Source: Antedon mediterranea (lineage: Eukaryota > Animalia > Echinodermata). Taken from it: DNA of 64,000 bases. Position 1 is the first letter of the stretch. Every line of letters starts with the position of its first letter. This document shows positions 1-13,300 of this stretch, one piece after another. The position numbers were made by a program, and so were the translations under genes. Under the pieces are notes generated by a model. That model saw only the letters and a program-made list of their open reading frames with translations. It did no database searches and had not been told where the DNA came from. The DNA is taken from positions 38,136,437-38,200,436 of the forward strand of contig NC_092672.1 of NCBI RefSeq assembly GCF_964355755.1, given 5' to 3'.

Positions 1-1332
1 TCCACTCAGTACCAGCGATGGTGTTTATATAATCAGCAATGGTGTATACGTGGTAAGATGTTTTATTGACAATTAGTTTACATACATTTTATTTGCACTG
101 TATTTGTAACTCGAGAGATTAACTTCATTTTGTTATTTTTATTACTCAGTTACTTTGGACCGATTTTAACTTGGTTATCCGATGGGACGGATCCAGTACT
201 GTAGAGATTCAACTACCATACGAATATTGGAACACCACTTGCGGACTATGCGGTGATTTTGACAGTAATAAAGGAAACGATTTAGACTTCCAACGAGATG
301 GTTCACCAGTAAGATAATATATTTTGTTGAATTGTTTTATATTTGACATTGTCTTCGTCTATAATAAGACATTAAAATCATATTAATTTTATTTATTTAG
401 GCTAGAGACGAGGTAGAATTTGGAAACAGCTGGGTTGTTGAAGGAACAGAATGTGACGATTCTGGTATAATTATTGTCGATCCGTGCTCAGAAGAGGAAG
501 CACCTTATAAGGCAGCTGAAGATCTCTGTTATGCATTGATCTCGCCCACAGGTGCTCTTGTAAGTTGTCATGAGATTGTTGATCCTGACAACTACTACGA
601 GGCATGCCTTTACGATCTCTGTGCAACGCTGCCGGACGACAATATATTATGTGGCCATTTACAAGAATATGCACAAGCATGCCGAGAACGTGGAGGTTCA
701 CCTGGAAATTGGCGAGAGGAAACACCTCAGTGTCGTAAGTATAAACATAATAATGTGTTTACATACGAAATACAATATCACCTGTCCATTACGAATGTTT
801 ATTTCAAGGTGTCATGTTTATTACTTCCTAAGCTATGGAATGTGAAGCTGAAAGAGTGTACAATCCATGTGCTACTGCTTGTCCATTGACTTGTGCCGAC
901 TCTGATGGAACTGATGATTGTCCAGGTGCGTGTATTGAAACATGTGAATGTCCAGAAGGAACCGTGTTAGATGGAAATACGTGTATTGCACCATCTCAGT
1001 GTGGTTGTTCACAAGGTGGATTTTACTACTCGGTAAGAATTTATAAATTTTTAGGACGCTTTATTCAAAGTGCTCGTTTTCTCCAAAGTATCAGAAATGA
1101 TTTAATGTCCATGGCTTGCTAACTAACTAGTATATTGTACTATATTTACTGTAGCCTGGAGACAGTTGGATAACTGAAGACTGTTCACTGTCCTGCCAGT
1201 GTGTTAATGGTCGTGTAGAATGCGTAGCAGAAAATTGTGATTTGAATGCGGATTGTAATATTCGTAACGGTGAACGAGGCTGTTACTGTAGAGATGGCTG
1301 GACGACTGGTGAGGATGGCAGCTGTAGTAGAG
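1..1332 (+). CDS. Repeat unit 1 (partial): end of VWD, C8, TIL, TILa/EGF-like
   Basis: Exons 1-52, 150-308 (LLWTDFNLVIRWDG..TCGLCGDFD), 401-734 (ARDEVEFGNSW..C8), 833-1032 (TIL), 1155-1332 (PGDSWITEDC..CYCRDGW); phases 0,0,1,0,1. Confidence 0.9.
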
Positions 1333-4300
1333 GTAAGTTATAATATCGTTACTTGTACTAAAAAAGACGTGGTATAGGTATCTAAGACAATATTCAAATA
1401 TTCCATGTTTATAGACTCTAGCTCTTCAAACTTTGTTTTATGTTTCAGCTCCTGCATATTGTACAGTCTGGGGAGATCCCCACTATTTGACATTCGACGA
1501 TAGACGACACAACTTCCAAGGAGTTTGTGAGTACACTCTTGTCACCGACTGTAGAAATGATAACAGTCAACGCCCAAGATTCCAAGTGACCGGACTCAAC
1601 GTCAAGAACAAACCATCTCAACGTGTGTCTTATACACGACAAATAAACTTCCATTACGCTAACCACACATTTACGCTGTTACAACGTGGTGAGGTTCGCT
1701 ACAATGGTGTCACTTTTACACCTCCACTCAGTACCAGCGATGGTGTTTATATAATCAGCAATGGTGTATACGTGGTAAGATGTTTTATTGACAATTAGTT
1801 TACATACATTTTATTTGCACTGTATTTGTAACTCGAGAGATTAACTTCATTTTGTTATTTTTATTACTCAGTTACTTTGGACCGATTTTAACTTGGTTAT
1901 CCGATGGGACGGATCCAGTACTGTAGAGATTCAACTACCATACGAATATTGGAACACCACTTGCGGACTATGCGGTGATTTTGACAGTAATAAAGGAAAC
2001 GATTTAGACTTCCAACGAGATGGTTCACCAGTAAGATAATATATTTTGTTGAATTGTTTTATATTTGACATTGTCTTTGTCTATAATAAGACATTAAAAT
2101 CATATTAATTTTATTTATTTAGGCTAGAGACGAGGTAGAATTTGGAAACAGCTGGGTTGTTGAAGGAACAGAATGTGACGATTCTGGTATAATTATTGTC
2201 GATCCGTGCTCAGAAGAGGAAGCACCTTATAAGGCAGCTGAAGATCTCTGTTATGCATTGATCTCGCCCACAGGTGCTCTTGTAAGTTGTCATGAGATTG
2301 TTGATCCTGACAACTACTACGAGGCATGCCTTTACGATCTCTGTGCAACGCTGCCGGACGACAATATATTATGTGGCCATTTACAAGAATATGCACAAGC
2401 ATGCCGAGAACGTGGAGGTTCACCTGGAAATTGGCGAGAGGAAACACCTCAGTGTCGTAAGTATAAACATAATAATGTGTTTACATACGAAATACAATAT
2501 CACCTGTCCATTACGAATGTTTATTTCAAGGTGTCATGTTTATTACTTCCTAAGCTATGGAATGTGAAGCTGAAAGAGTGTACAATCCATGTGCTACTGC
2601 TTGTCCATTGACTTGTGCCGACTCTGATGGAACTGATGATTGTCCAGGTGCGTGTATTGAAACATGTGAATGTCCAGAAGGAACCGTGTTAGATGGAAAT
2701 ACGTGTATTGCACCATCTCAGTGTGGTTGTTCACAAGGTGGATTTTACTACTCGGTAAGAATTTATAAATTTTTAGGACGCTTTATTCAAAGTGCTCGTT
2801 TTCTCCAAAGTATCAGAAATGATTTAATGTCCATGGCTTGCTAACTAACTAGTATATTGTACTATATTTACTGTAGCCTGGAGACAGTTGGATAACTGAA
2901 GACTGTTCACTGTCCTGCCAGTGTGTTGATGGTCGTGTAGAATGCGTAGCAGAAAATTGTGATTTGAATGCGGATTGTAATATTCGTAACGGTGAACGAG
3001 GCTGTTACTGTAGAGATGGCTGGACGACTGGTGAGGATGGCAGCTGTAGTAGAGGTAAGTTATAATATCGTTACTTGTACTAAAAAAAGACGTGGTATAG
3101 GTATCTAAGACAATATTCAAATATTCCATGTTTATAGACTCTAGCTCTTCAAACTTTGTTTTATGTTTCAGCTCCTGCATATTGTACAGTCTGGGGAGAT
3201 CCCCACTATTTGACATTCGACGATAGACGACACAACTTCCAAGGAGTTTGTGAGTACACTCTTGTCACCGACTGTAGAAATGATAACAGTCAACGCCCAA
3301 GATTCCAAGTGACCGGACTCAACGTCAAGAACAAACCATCTCAACGTGTGTCTTATACACGACAAATAAACTTCCATTACGCTAACCACACATTTACGCT
3401 GTTACAACGTGGTGAGGTTCGCTACAATGGTGTCACTTTTACACCTCCACTCAGTACCAGCGATGGTGTTTATATAATCAGCAATGGTGTATACGTGGTA
3501 AGATGTTTTATTGACAATTAGTTTACATACATTTTATTTGCACTGTATTTGTAACTCGAGAGATTAACTTCATTTTGTTATTTTTATTACTCAGTTACTT
3601 TGGACCGATTTTAACTTGGTTATCCGATGGGACGGATCCAGTACTGTAGAGATTCAACTACCATACGAATATTGGAACACCACTTGCGGACTATGCGGTG
3701 ATTTTGACAGTAATAAAGGAAACGATTTAGACTTCCAACGAGATGGTTCACCAGTAAGATAATATATTTGTTGAATTGTTTTATATTTGACATTGTCTTC
3801 GTCTATAATAAGACATTAAAATCATATTAATTTTATTTATTTAGGCTAGAGACGAGGTAGAATTTGGAAACAGCTGGGTTGTTGAAGGAACAGAATGTGA
3901 CGATTCTGGTATAATTATTGTCGATCCGTGCTCAGAAGAGGAAGCACCTTATAAGGCAGCTGAAGATCTCTGTTATGCATTGATCTCGCCCACAGGTGCT
4001 CTTGTAAGTTGTCATGAGATTGTTGATCCTGACAACTACTACGAGGCATGCCTTTACGATCTCTGTGCAACGCTGCCGGACGACAATATATTATGTGGCC
4101 ATTTACAAGAATATGCACAAGCATGCCGAGAACGTGGAGGTTCACCTGGAAATTGGCGAGAGGAAACACCTCAGTGTCGTAAGTATAAACATAATAATGT
4201 GTTTACATACGAAATACAATATCACCTGTCCATTACGAATGTTTATTTCAAGGTGTCATGTTTATTACTTCCTAAGCTATGGAATGTGAAGCTGAAAGAG

Positions 4301-7300
4301 TGTACAATCCATGTGCTACTGCTTGTCCATTGACTTGTGCCGACTCTGATGGAACTGATGATTGTCCAGGTGCGTGTATTGAAACATGTGAATGTCCAGA
4401 AGGAACCGTGTTAGATGGAAATACGTGTATTGCACCATCTCAGTGTGGTTGTTCACAAGGTGGATTTTACTACTCGGTAAGAATTTATAAATTTTTAGGA
4501 CGCTTTATTCAAAGTGCTCGTTTTCTCCAAAGTATCAGAAATGATTTAATGTCCATGGCTTGCTAACTAACTAGTATATTTTACTATATTTACTGTAGCC
4601 TGGAGACAGTTGGATAACTGAAGACTGTTCACTGTCCTGCCAGTGTGTTGATGGTCGTGTAGAATGCGTAGCAGAAAATTGTGATTTGAATGCGGATTGT
4701 AATATTCGTAACGGTGAACGAGGCTGTTACTGTAGAGATGGCTGGACGACTGGTGAGGATGGCAGCTGTAGTAGAGGTAAGTTATAATATCGTTACTTGT
4801 ACTAAAAAAAGACGTGGTATAGGTATCTAAGACAATATTCAAATATTCCATGTTTATAGACTCTAGCTCTTCAAACTTTGTTTTATGTTTCAGCTCCTGC
4901 ATATTGTACAGTCTGGGGAGATCCCCACTATTTGACATTCGACGATAGACGACACAACTTCCAAGGAGTTTGTGAGTACACTCTTGTCACCGACTGTAGA
5001 AATGATAACAGTCAACGCCCAAGATTCCAAGTGACCGGACTCAACGTCAAGAACAAACCATCTCAACGTGTGTCTTATACACGACAAATAAACTTCCATT
5101 ACGCTAACCACACATTTACGCTGTTACAACGTGGTGAGGTTCGCTACAATGGTGTCACTTTTACACCTCCACTCAGTACCAGCGATGGTGTTTATATAAT
5201 CAGCAATGGTGTATACGTGGTAAGATGTTTTATTGACAATTAGTTTACATACATTTTATTTGCACTGTATTTGTAACTCGAGAGATTAACTTCATTTTGT
5301 TATTTTTATTACTCAGTTACTTTGGACCGATTTTAACTTGGTTATCCGATGGGACGGATCCAGTACTGTAGAGATTCAACTACCATACGAATATTGGAAC
5401 ACCACTTGCGGACTATGCGGTGATTTTGACAGTAATAAAGGAAACGATTTAGACTTCCAACGAGATGGTTCACCAGTAAGATAATATATTTGTTGAATTG
5501 TTTTATATTTGACATTGTCTTCGTCTATAATAAGACATTAAAATCATATTAATTTTATTTATTTAGGCTAGAGACGAGGTAGAATTTGGAAACAGCTGGG
5601 TTGTTGAAGGAACAGAATGTGACGATTCTGGTATAATTATTGTCGATCCGTGCTCAGAAGAGGAAGCACCTTATAAGGCAGCTGAAGATCTCTGTTATGC
5701 ATTGATCTCGCCCACAGGTGCTCTTGTAAGTTGTCATGAGATTGTTGATCCTGACAACTACTACGAGGCATGCCTTTACGATCTCTGTGCAACGCTGCCG
5801 GACGACAATATATTATGTGGCCATTTACAAGAATATGCACAAGCATGCCGAGAACGTGGAGGTTCACCTGGAAATTGGCGAGAGGAAACACCTCAGTGTC
5901 GTAAGTATAAACATAATAATGTGTTTACATACGAAATACAATATCACCTGTCCATTACGAATGTTTATTTCAAGGTGTCATGTTTATTACTTCCTAAGCT
6001 ATGGAATGTGAAGCTGAAAGAGTGTACAATCCATGTGCTACTGCTTGTCCATTGACTTGTGCCGACTCTGATGGAACTGATGATTGTCCAGGTGCGTGTA
6101 TTGAAACATGTGAATGTCCAGAAGGAACCGTGTTAGATGGAAATACGTGTATTGCACCATCTCAGTGTGGTTGTTCACAAGGTGGATTTTACTACTCGGT
6201 AAGAATTTATAAATTTTTAGGACGCTTTATTCAAAGTGCTCGTTTTCTCCAAAGTATCAGAAATGATTTAATGTCCATGGCTTGCTAACTAACTAGTATA
6301 TTGTACTATATTTACTGTAGCCTGGAGACAGTTGGATAACTGAAGACTGTTCACTGTCCTGCCAGTGTGTTGATGGTCGTGTAGAATGCGTAGCAGAAAA
6401 TTGTGATTTGAATGCGGATTGTAATATTCGTAACGGTGAACGAGGCTGTTACTGTAGAGATGGCTGGACGACTGGTGAGGATGGCAGCTGTAGTAGAGGT
6501 AAGTTATAATATCGTTACTTGTACTAAAAAAAGACGTGGTATAGGTATCTAAGACAATATTCAAATATTCCATGTTTATAGACTCTAGCTCTTCAAACTT
6601 TGTTTTATGTTTCAGCTCCTGCATATTGTACAGTCTGGGGAGATCCCCACTATTTGACATTCGACGATAGACGACACAACTTCCAAGGAGTTTGTGAGTA
6701 CACTCTTGTCACCGACTGTAGAAATGATAACAGTCAACGCCCAAGATTCCAAGTGACCGGACTCAACGTCAAGAACAAACCATCTCAACGTGTGTCTTAT
6801 ACACGACAAATAAACTTCCATTACGCTAACCACACATTTACGCTGTTACAACGTGGTGAAGTTCGCTACAATGGTGTCACTTTTACACCTCCACTCAGTA
6901 CCAGCGATGGTGTTTATATAATCAGCAATGGTGTATACGTGGTAAGATGTTTTATTGACAATTAGTTTACATACATTTTATTTGCACTGTATTTGTAACT
7001 CGAGAGATTAACTTCATTTTGTTATTTTTATTACTCAGTTACTTTGGACCGATTTTAACTTGGTTATCCGATGGGACGGATCCAGTACTGTAGAGATTCA
7101 ACTACCATACGAATATTGGAACACCACTTGCGGACTATGCGGTGATTTTGACAGTAATAAAGGAAACGATTTAGACTTCCAACGAGATGGTTCACCAGTA
7201 AGATAATATATTTGTTGAATTGTTTTATATTTGACATTGTCTTCGTCTATAATAAGACATTAAAATCATATTAATTTTATTTATTTAGGCTAGAGACGAG

Positions 7301-10300
7301 GTAGAATTTGGAAACAGCTGGGTTGTTGAAGGAACAGAATGTGACGATTCTGGTATAATTATTGTCGATCCGTGCTCAGAAGAGGAAGCACCTTATAAGG
7401 CAGCTGAAGATCTCTGTTATGCATTGATCTCGCCCACAGGTGCTCTTGTAAGTTGTCATGAGATTGTTGATCCTGACAACTACTACGAGGCATGCCTTTA
7501 CGATCTCTGTGCAACGCTGCCGGACGACAATATATTATGTGGCCATTTACAAGAATATGCACAAGCATGCCGAGAACGTGGAGGTTCACCTGGAAATTGG
7601 CGAGAGGAAACACCTCAGTGTCGTAAGTATAAACATAATAATGTGTTTACATACGAAATACAATATCACCTGTCCATTACGAATGTTTATTTCAAGGTGT
7701 CATGTTTATTACTTCCTAAGCTATGGAATGTGAAGCTGAAAGAGTGTACAATCCATGTGCTACTGCTTGTCCATTGACTTGTGCCGACTCTGATGGAACT
7801 GATGATTGTCCAGGTGCGTGTATTGAAACATGTGAATGTCCAGAAGGAACCGTGTTAGATGGAAATACGTGTATTGCACCATCTCAGTGTGGTTGTTCAC
7901 AAGGTGGATTTTACTACTCGGTAAGAATTTATAAATTTTTAGGACGCTTTATTCAAAGTGCTCGTTTTCTCCAAAGTATCAGAAATGATTTAATGTCCAT
8001 GGCTTGCTAACTAACTAGTATATTGTACTATATTTACTGTAGCCTGGAGACAGTTGGATAACTGAAGACTGTTCACTGTCCTGCCAGTGTGTTGATGGTC
8101 GTGTAGAATGCGTAGCAGAAAATTGTGATTTGAATGCGGATTGTAATATTCGTAACGGTGAACGAGGCTGTTACTGTAGAGATGGCTGGACGACTGGTGA
8201 GGATGGCAGCTGTAGTAGAGGTAAGTTATAATATCGTTACTTGTACTAAAAAAAGACGTGGTATAGGTATCTAAGACAATATTCAAATATTCCATGTTTA
8301 TAGACTCTAGCTCTTCAAACTTTGTTTTATGTTTCAGCTCCTGCATATTGTACAGTCTGGGGAGATCCCCACTATTTGACATTCGACGATAGACGACACA
8401 ACTTCCAAGGAGTTTGTGAGTACACTCTTGTCACCGACTGTAGAAATGATAACAGTCAACGCCCAAGATTCCAAGTGACCGGACTCAACGTCAAGAACAA
8501 ACCATCTCAACGTGTGTCTTATACACGACAAATAAACTTCCATTACGCTAACCACACATTTACGCTGTTACAACGTGGTGAGGTTCGCTACAATGGTGTC
8601 ACTTTTACACCTCCACTCAGTACCAGCGATGGTGTTTATATAATCAGCAATGGTGTATACGTGGTAAGATGTTTTATTGACAATTAGTTTACATACATTT
8701 TATTTGCACTGTATTTGTAACTCGAGAGATTAACTTCATTTTGTTATTTTTATTACTCAGTTACTTTGGACCGATTTTAACTTGGTTATCCGATGGGACG
8801 GATCCAGTACTGTAGAGATTCAACTACCATACGAATATTGGAACACCACTTGCGGACTATGCGGTGATTTTGACAGTAATAAAGGAAACGATTTAGACTT
8901 CCAACGAGATGGTTCACCAGTAAGATAATATATTTGTTGAATTGTTTTATATTTGACATTGTCTTCGTCTATAATAAGACATTAAAATCATATTAATTTT
9001 ATTTATTTAGGCTAGAGACGAGGTAGAATTTGGAAACAGCTGGGTTGTTGAAGGAACAGAATGTGACGATTCTGGTATAATTATTGTCGATCCGTGCTCA
9101 GAAGAGGAAGCACCTTATAAGGCAGCTGAAGATCTCTGTTATGCATTGATCTCGCCCACAGGTGCTCTTGTAAGTTGTCATGAGATTGTTGATCCTGACA
9201 ACTACTACGAGGCATGCCTTTACGATCTCTGTGCAACGCTGCCGGACGACAATATATTATGTGGCCATTTACAAGAATATGCACAAGCATGCCGAGAACG
9301 TGGAGGTTCACCTGGAAATTGGCGAGAGGAAACACCTCAGTGTCGTAAGTATAAACATAATAATGTGTTTACATACGAAATACAATATCACCTGTCCATT
9401 ACGAATGTTTATTTCAAGGTGTCATGTTTATTACTTCCTAAGCTATGGAATGTGAAGCTGAAAGAGTGTACAATCCATGTGCTACTGCTTGTCCATTGAC
9501 TTGTGCCGACTCTGATGGAACTGATGATTGTCCAGGTGCGTGTATTGAAACATGTGAATGTCCAGAAGGAACCGTGTTAGATGGAAATACGTGTATTGCA
9601 CCATCTCAGTGTGGTTGTTCACAAGGTGGATTTTACTACTCGGTAAGAATTTATAAATTTTTAGGACGCTTTATTCAAAGTGCTCGTTTTCTCCAAAGTA
9701 TCAGAAATGATTTAATGTCCATGGCTTGCTAACTAACTAGTATATTGTACTATATTTACTGTAGCCTGGAGACAGTTGGATAACTGAAGACTGTTCACTG
9801 TCCTGCCAGTGTGTTGATGGTCGTGTAGAATGCGTAGCAGAAAATTGTGATTTGAATGCGGATTGTAATATTCGTAACGGTGAACGAGGCTGTTACTGTA
9901 GAGATGGCTGGACGACTGGTGAGGATGGCAGCTGTAGTAGAGGTAAGTTATAATATCGTTACTTGTACTAAAAAAGACGTGGTATAGGTATCTAAGACAA
10001 TATTCAAATATTCCATGTTTATAGACTCTAGCTCTTCAAACTTTGTTTTATGTTTCAGCTCCTGCATATTGTACAGTCTGGGGAGATCCCCACTATTTGA
10101 CATTCGACGATAGACGACACAACTTCCAAGGAGTTTGTGAGTACACTCTTGTCACCGACTGTAGAAATGATAACAGTCAACGCCCAAGATTCCAAGTGAC
10201 CGGACTCAACGTCAAGAACAAACCATCTCAACGTGTGTCTTATACACGACAAATAAACTTCCATTACGCTAACCACACATTTACGCTGTTACAACGTGGT

Positions 10301-13300
10301 GAGGTTCGCTACAATGGTGTCACTTTTACACCTCCACTCAGTACCAGCGATGGTGTTTATATAATCAGCAATGGTGTATACGTGGTAAGATGTTTTATTG
10401 ACAATTAGTTTACATACATTTTATTTGCACTGTATTTGTAACTCGAGAGATTAACTTCATTTTGTTATTTTTATTACTCAGTTACTTTGGACCGATTTTA
10501 ACTTGGTTATCCGATGGGACGGATCCAGTACTGTAGAGATTCAACTACCATACGAATATTGGAACACCACTTGCGGACTATGCGGTGATTTTGACAGTAA
10601 TAAAGGAAACGATTTAGACTTCCAACGAGATGGTTCACCAGTAAGATAATATATTTTGTTGAATTGTTTTATATTTGACATTGTCTTCGTCTATAATAAG
10701 ACATTAAAATCATATTAATTTTATTTATTTAGGCTAGAGACGAGGTAGAATTTGGAAACAGCTGGGTTGTTGATGGAACAGAATGTGACGATTCTGGTAT
10801 AATTATTGTCGATCCGTGCTCAGAAGAGGAAGCACCTTATAAGGCAGCTGAAGATCTCTGTTATGCATTGATCTCGCCCACAGGTGCTCTTGTAAGTTGT
10901 CATGAGATTGTTGATCCTGACAACTACTACGAGGCATGCCTTTACGATCTCTGTGCAACGCTGCCGGACGACAATATATTATGTGGCCATTTACAAGAAT
11001 ATGCACAAGCATGCCGAGAACGTGGAGGTTCACCTGGAAATTGGCGAGAGGAAACACCTCAGTGTCGTAAGTATAAACATAATAATGTGTTTACATACGA
11101 AATACAATATCACCTGTCCATTACGAATGTTTATTTCAAGGTGTCATGTTTATTACTTCCTAAGCTATGGAATGTGAAGCTGAAAGAGTGTACAATCCAT
11201 GTGCTACTGCTTGTCCATTGACTTGTGCCGACTCTGATGGAACTGATGATTGTCCAGGTGCGTGTATTGAAACATGTGAATGTCCAGAAGGAACCGTGTT
11301 AGATGGAAATACGTGTATTGCACCATCTCAGTGTGGTTGTTCACAAGGTGGATTTTACTACTCGGTAAGAATTTATAAATTTTTAGGACGCTTTATTCAA
11401 AGTGCTCGTTTTCTCCAAAGTATCAGAAATGATTTAATGTCCATGGCTTGCTAACTAACTAGTATATTGTACTATATTTACTGTAGCCTGGAGACAGTTG
11501 GATAACTGAAGACTGTTCACTGTCCTGCCAGTGTGTTGATGGTCGTGTAGAATGCGTAGCAGAAAATTGTGATTTGAATGCGGATTGTAATATTCGTAAC
11601 GGTGAACGAGGCTGTTACTGTAGAGATGGCTGGACGACTGGTGAGGATGGCAGCTGTAGTAGAGGTAAGTTATAATATCGTTACTTGTACTAAAAAAGAC
11701 GTGGTATAGGTATCTAAGACAATATTCAAATATTCCATGTTTATAGACTCTAGCTCTTCAAACTTTGTTTTATGTTTCAGCTCCTGCATATTGTACAGTC
11801 TGGGGAGATCCCCACTATTTGACATTCGACGATAGACGACACAACTTCCAAGGAGTTTGTGAGTACACTCTTGTCACCGACTGTAGAAATGATAACAGTC
11901 AACGCCCAAGATTCCAAGTGACCGGACTCAACGTCAAGAACAAACCATCTCAACGTGTGTCTTATACACGACAAATAAACTTCCATTATGCTAACCACAC
12001 ATTTACGCTGTTACAACGTGGTGAGGTTCGCTACAATGGTGTCACTTTTACACCTCCACTCAGTACCAGCGATGGTGTTTATATAATCAGCAATGGTGTA
12101 TACGTGGTAAGATGTTTTATTGACAATTAGTTTACATACATTTTATTTGCACTGTATTTGTAACTCGAGAGATTAACTTCATTTTGTTATTTTTATTACT
12201 CAGTTACTTTGGACCGATTTTAACTTGGTTATCCGATGGGACGGATCCAGTACTGTAGAGATTCAACTACCATACGAATATTGGAACACCACTTGCGGAC
12301 TATGCGGTGATTTTGACAGTAATAAAGGAAACGATTTAGACTTCCAACGAGATGGTTCACCAGTAAGATAATATATTTGTTGAATTGTTTTATATTTGAC
12401 ATTGTCTTCGTCTATAATAAGACATTAAAATCATATTAATTTTATTTATTTAGGCTAGAGACGAGGTAGAATTTGGAAACAGCTGGGTTGTTGAAGGAAC
12501 AGAATGTGACGATTCTGGTATAATTATTGTCGATCCGTGCTCAGAAGAGGAAGCACCTTATAAGGCAGCTGAAGATCTCTGTTATGCATTGATCTCGCCC
12601 ACAGGTGCTCTTGTAAGTTGTCATGAGATTGTTGATCCTGACAACTACTACGAGGCATGCCTTTACGATCTCTGTGCAACGCTGCCGGACGACAATATAT
12701 TATGTGGCCATTTACAAGAATATGCACAAGCATGCCGAGAACGTGGAGGTTCACCTGGAAATTGGCGAGAGGAAACACCTCAGTGTCGTAAGTATAAACA
12801 TAATAATGTGTTTACATACGAAATACAATATCACCTGTCCATTACGAATGTTTATTTCAAGGTGTCATGTTTATTACTTCCTAAGCTATGGAATGTGAAG
12901 CTGAAAGAGTGTACAATCCATGTGCTACTGCTTGTCCATTGACTTGTGCCGACTCTGATGGAACTGATGATTGTCCAGGTGCGTGTATTGAAACATGTGA
13001 ATGTCCAGAAGGAACCGTGTTAGATGGAAATACGTGTATTGCACCATCTCAGTGTGGTTGTTCACAAGGTGGATTTTACTACTCGGTAAGAATTTATAAA
13101 TTTTTAGGACGCTTTATTCAAAGTGCTCGTTTTCTCCAAAGTATCAGAAATGATTTAATGTCCATGGCTTGCTAACTAACTAGTATATTGTACTATATTT
13201 ACTGTAGCCTGGAGACAGTTGGATAACTGAAGACTGTTCACTGTCCTGCCAGTGTGTTGATGGTCGTGTAGAATGCGTAGCAGAAAATTGTGATTTGAAT

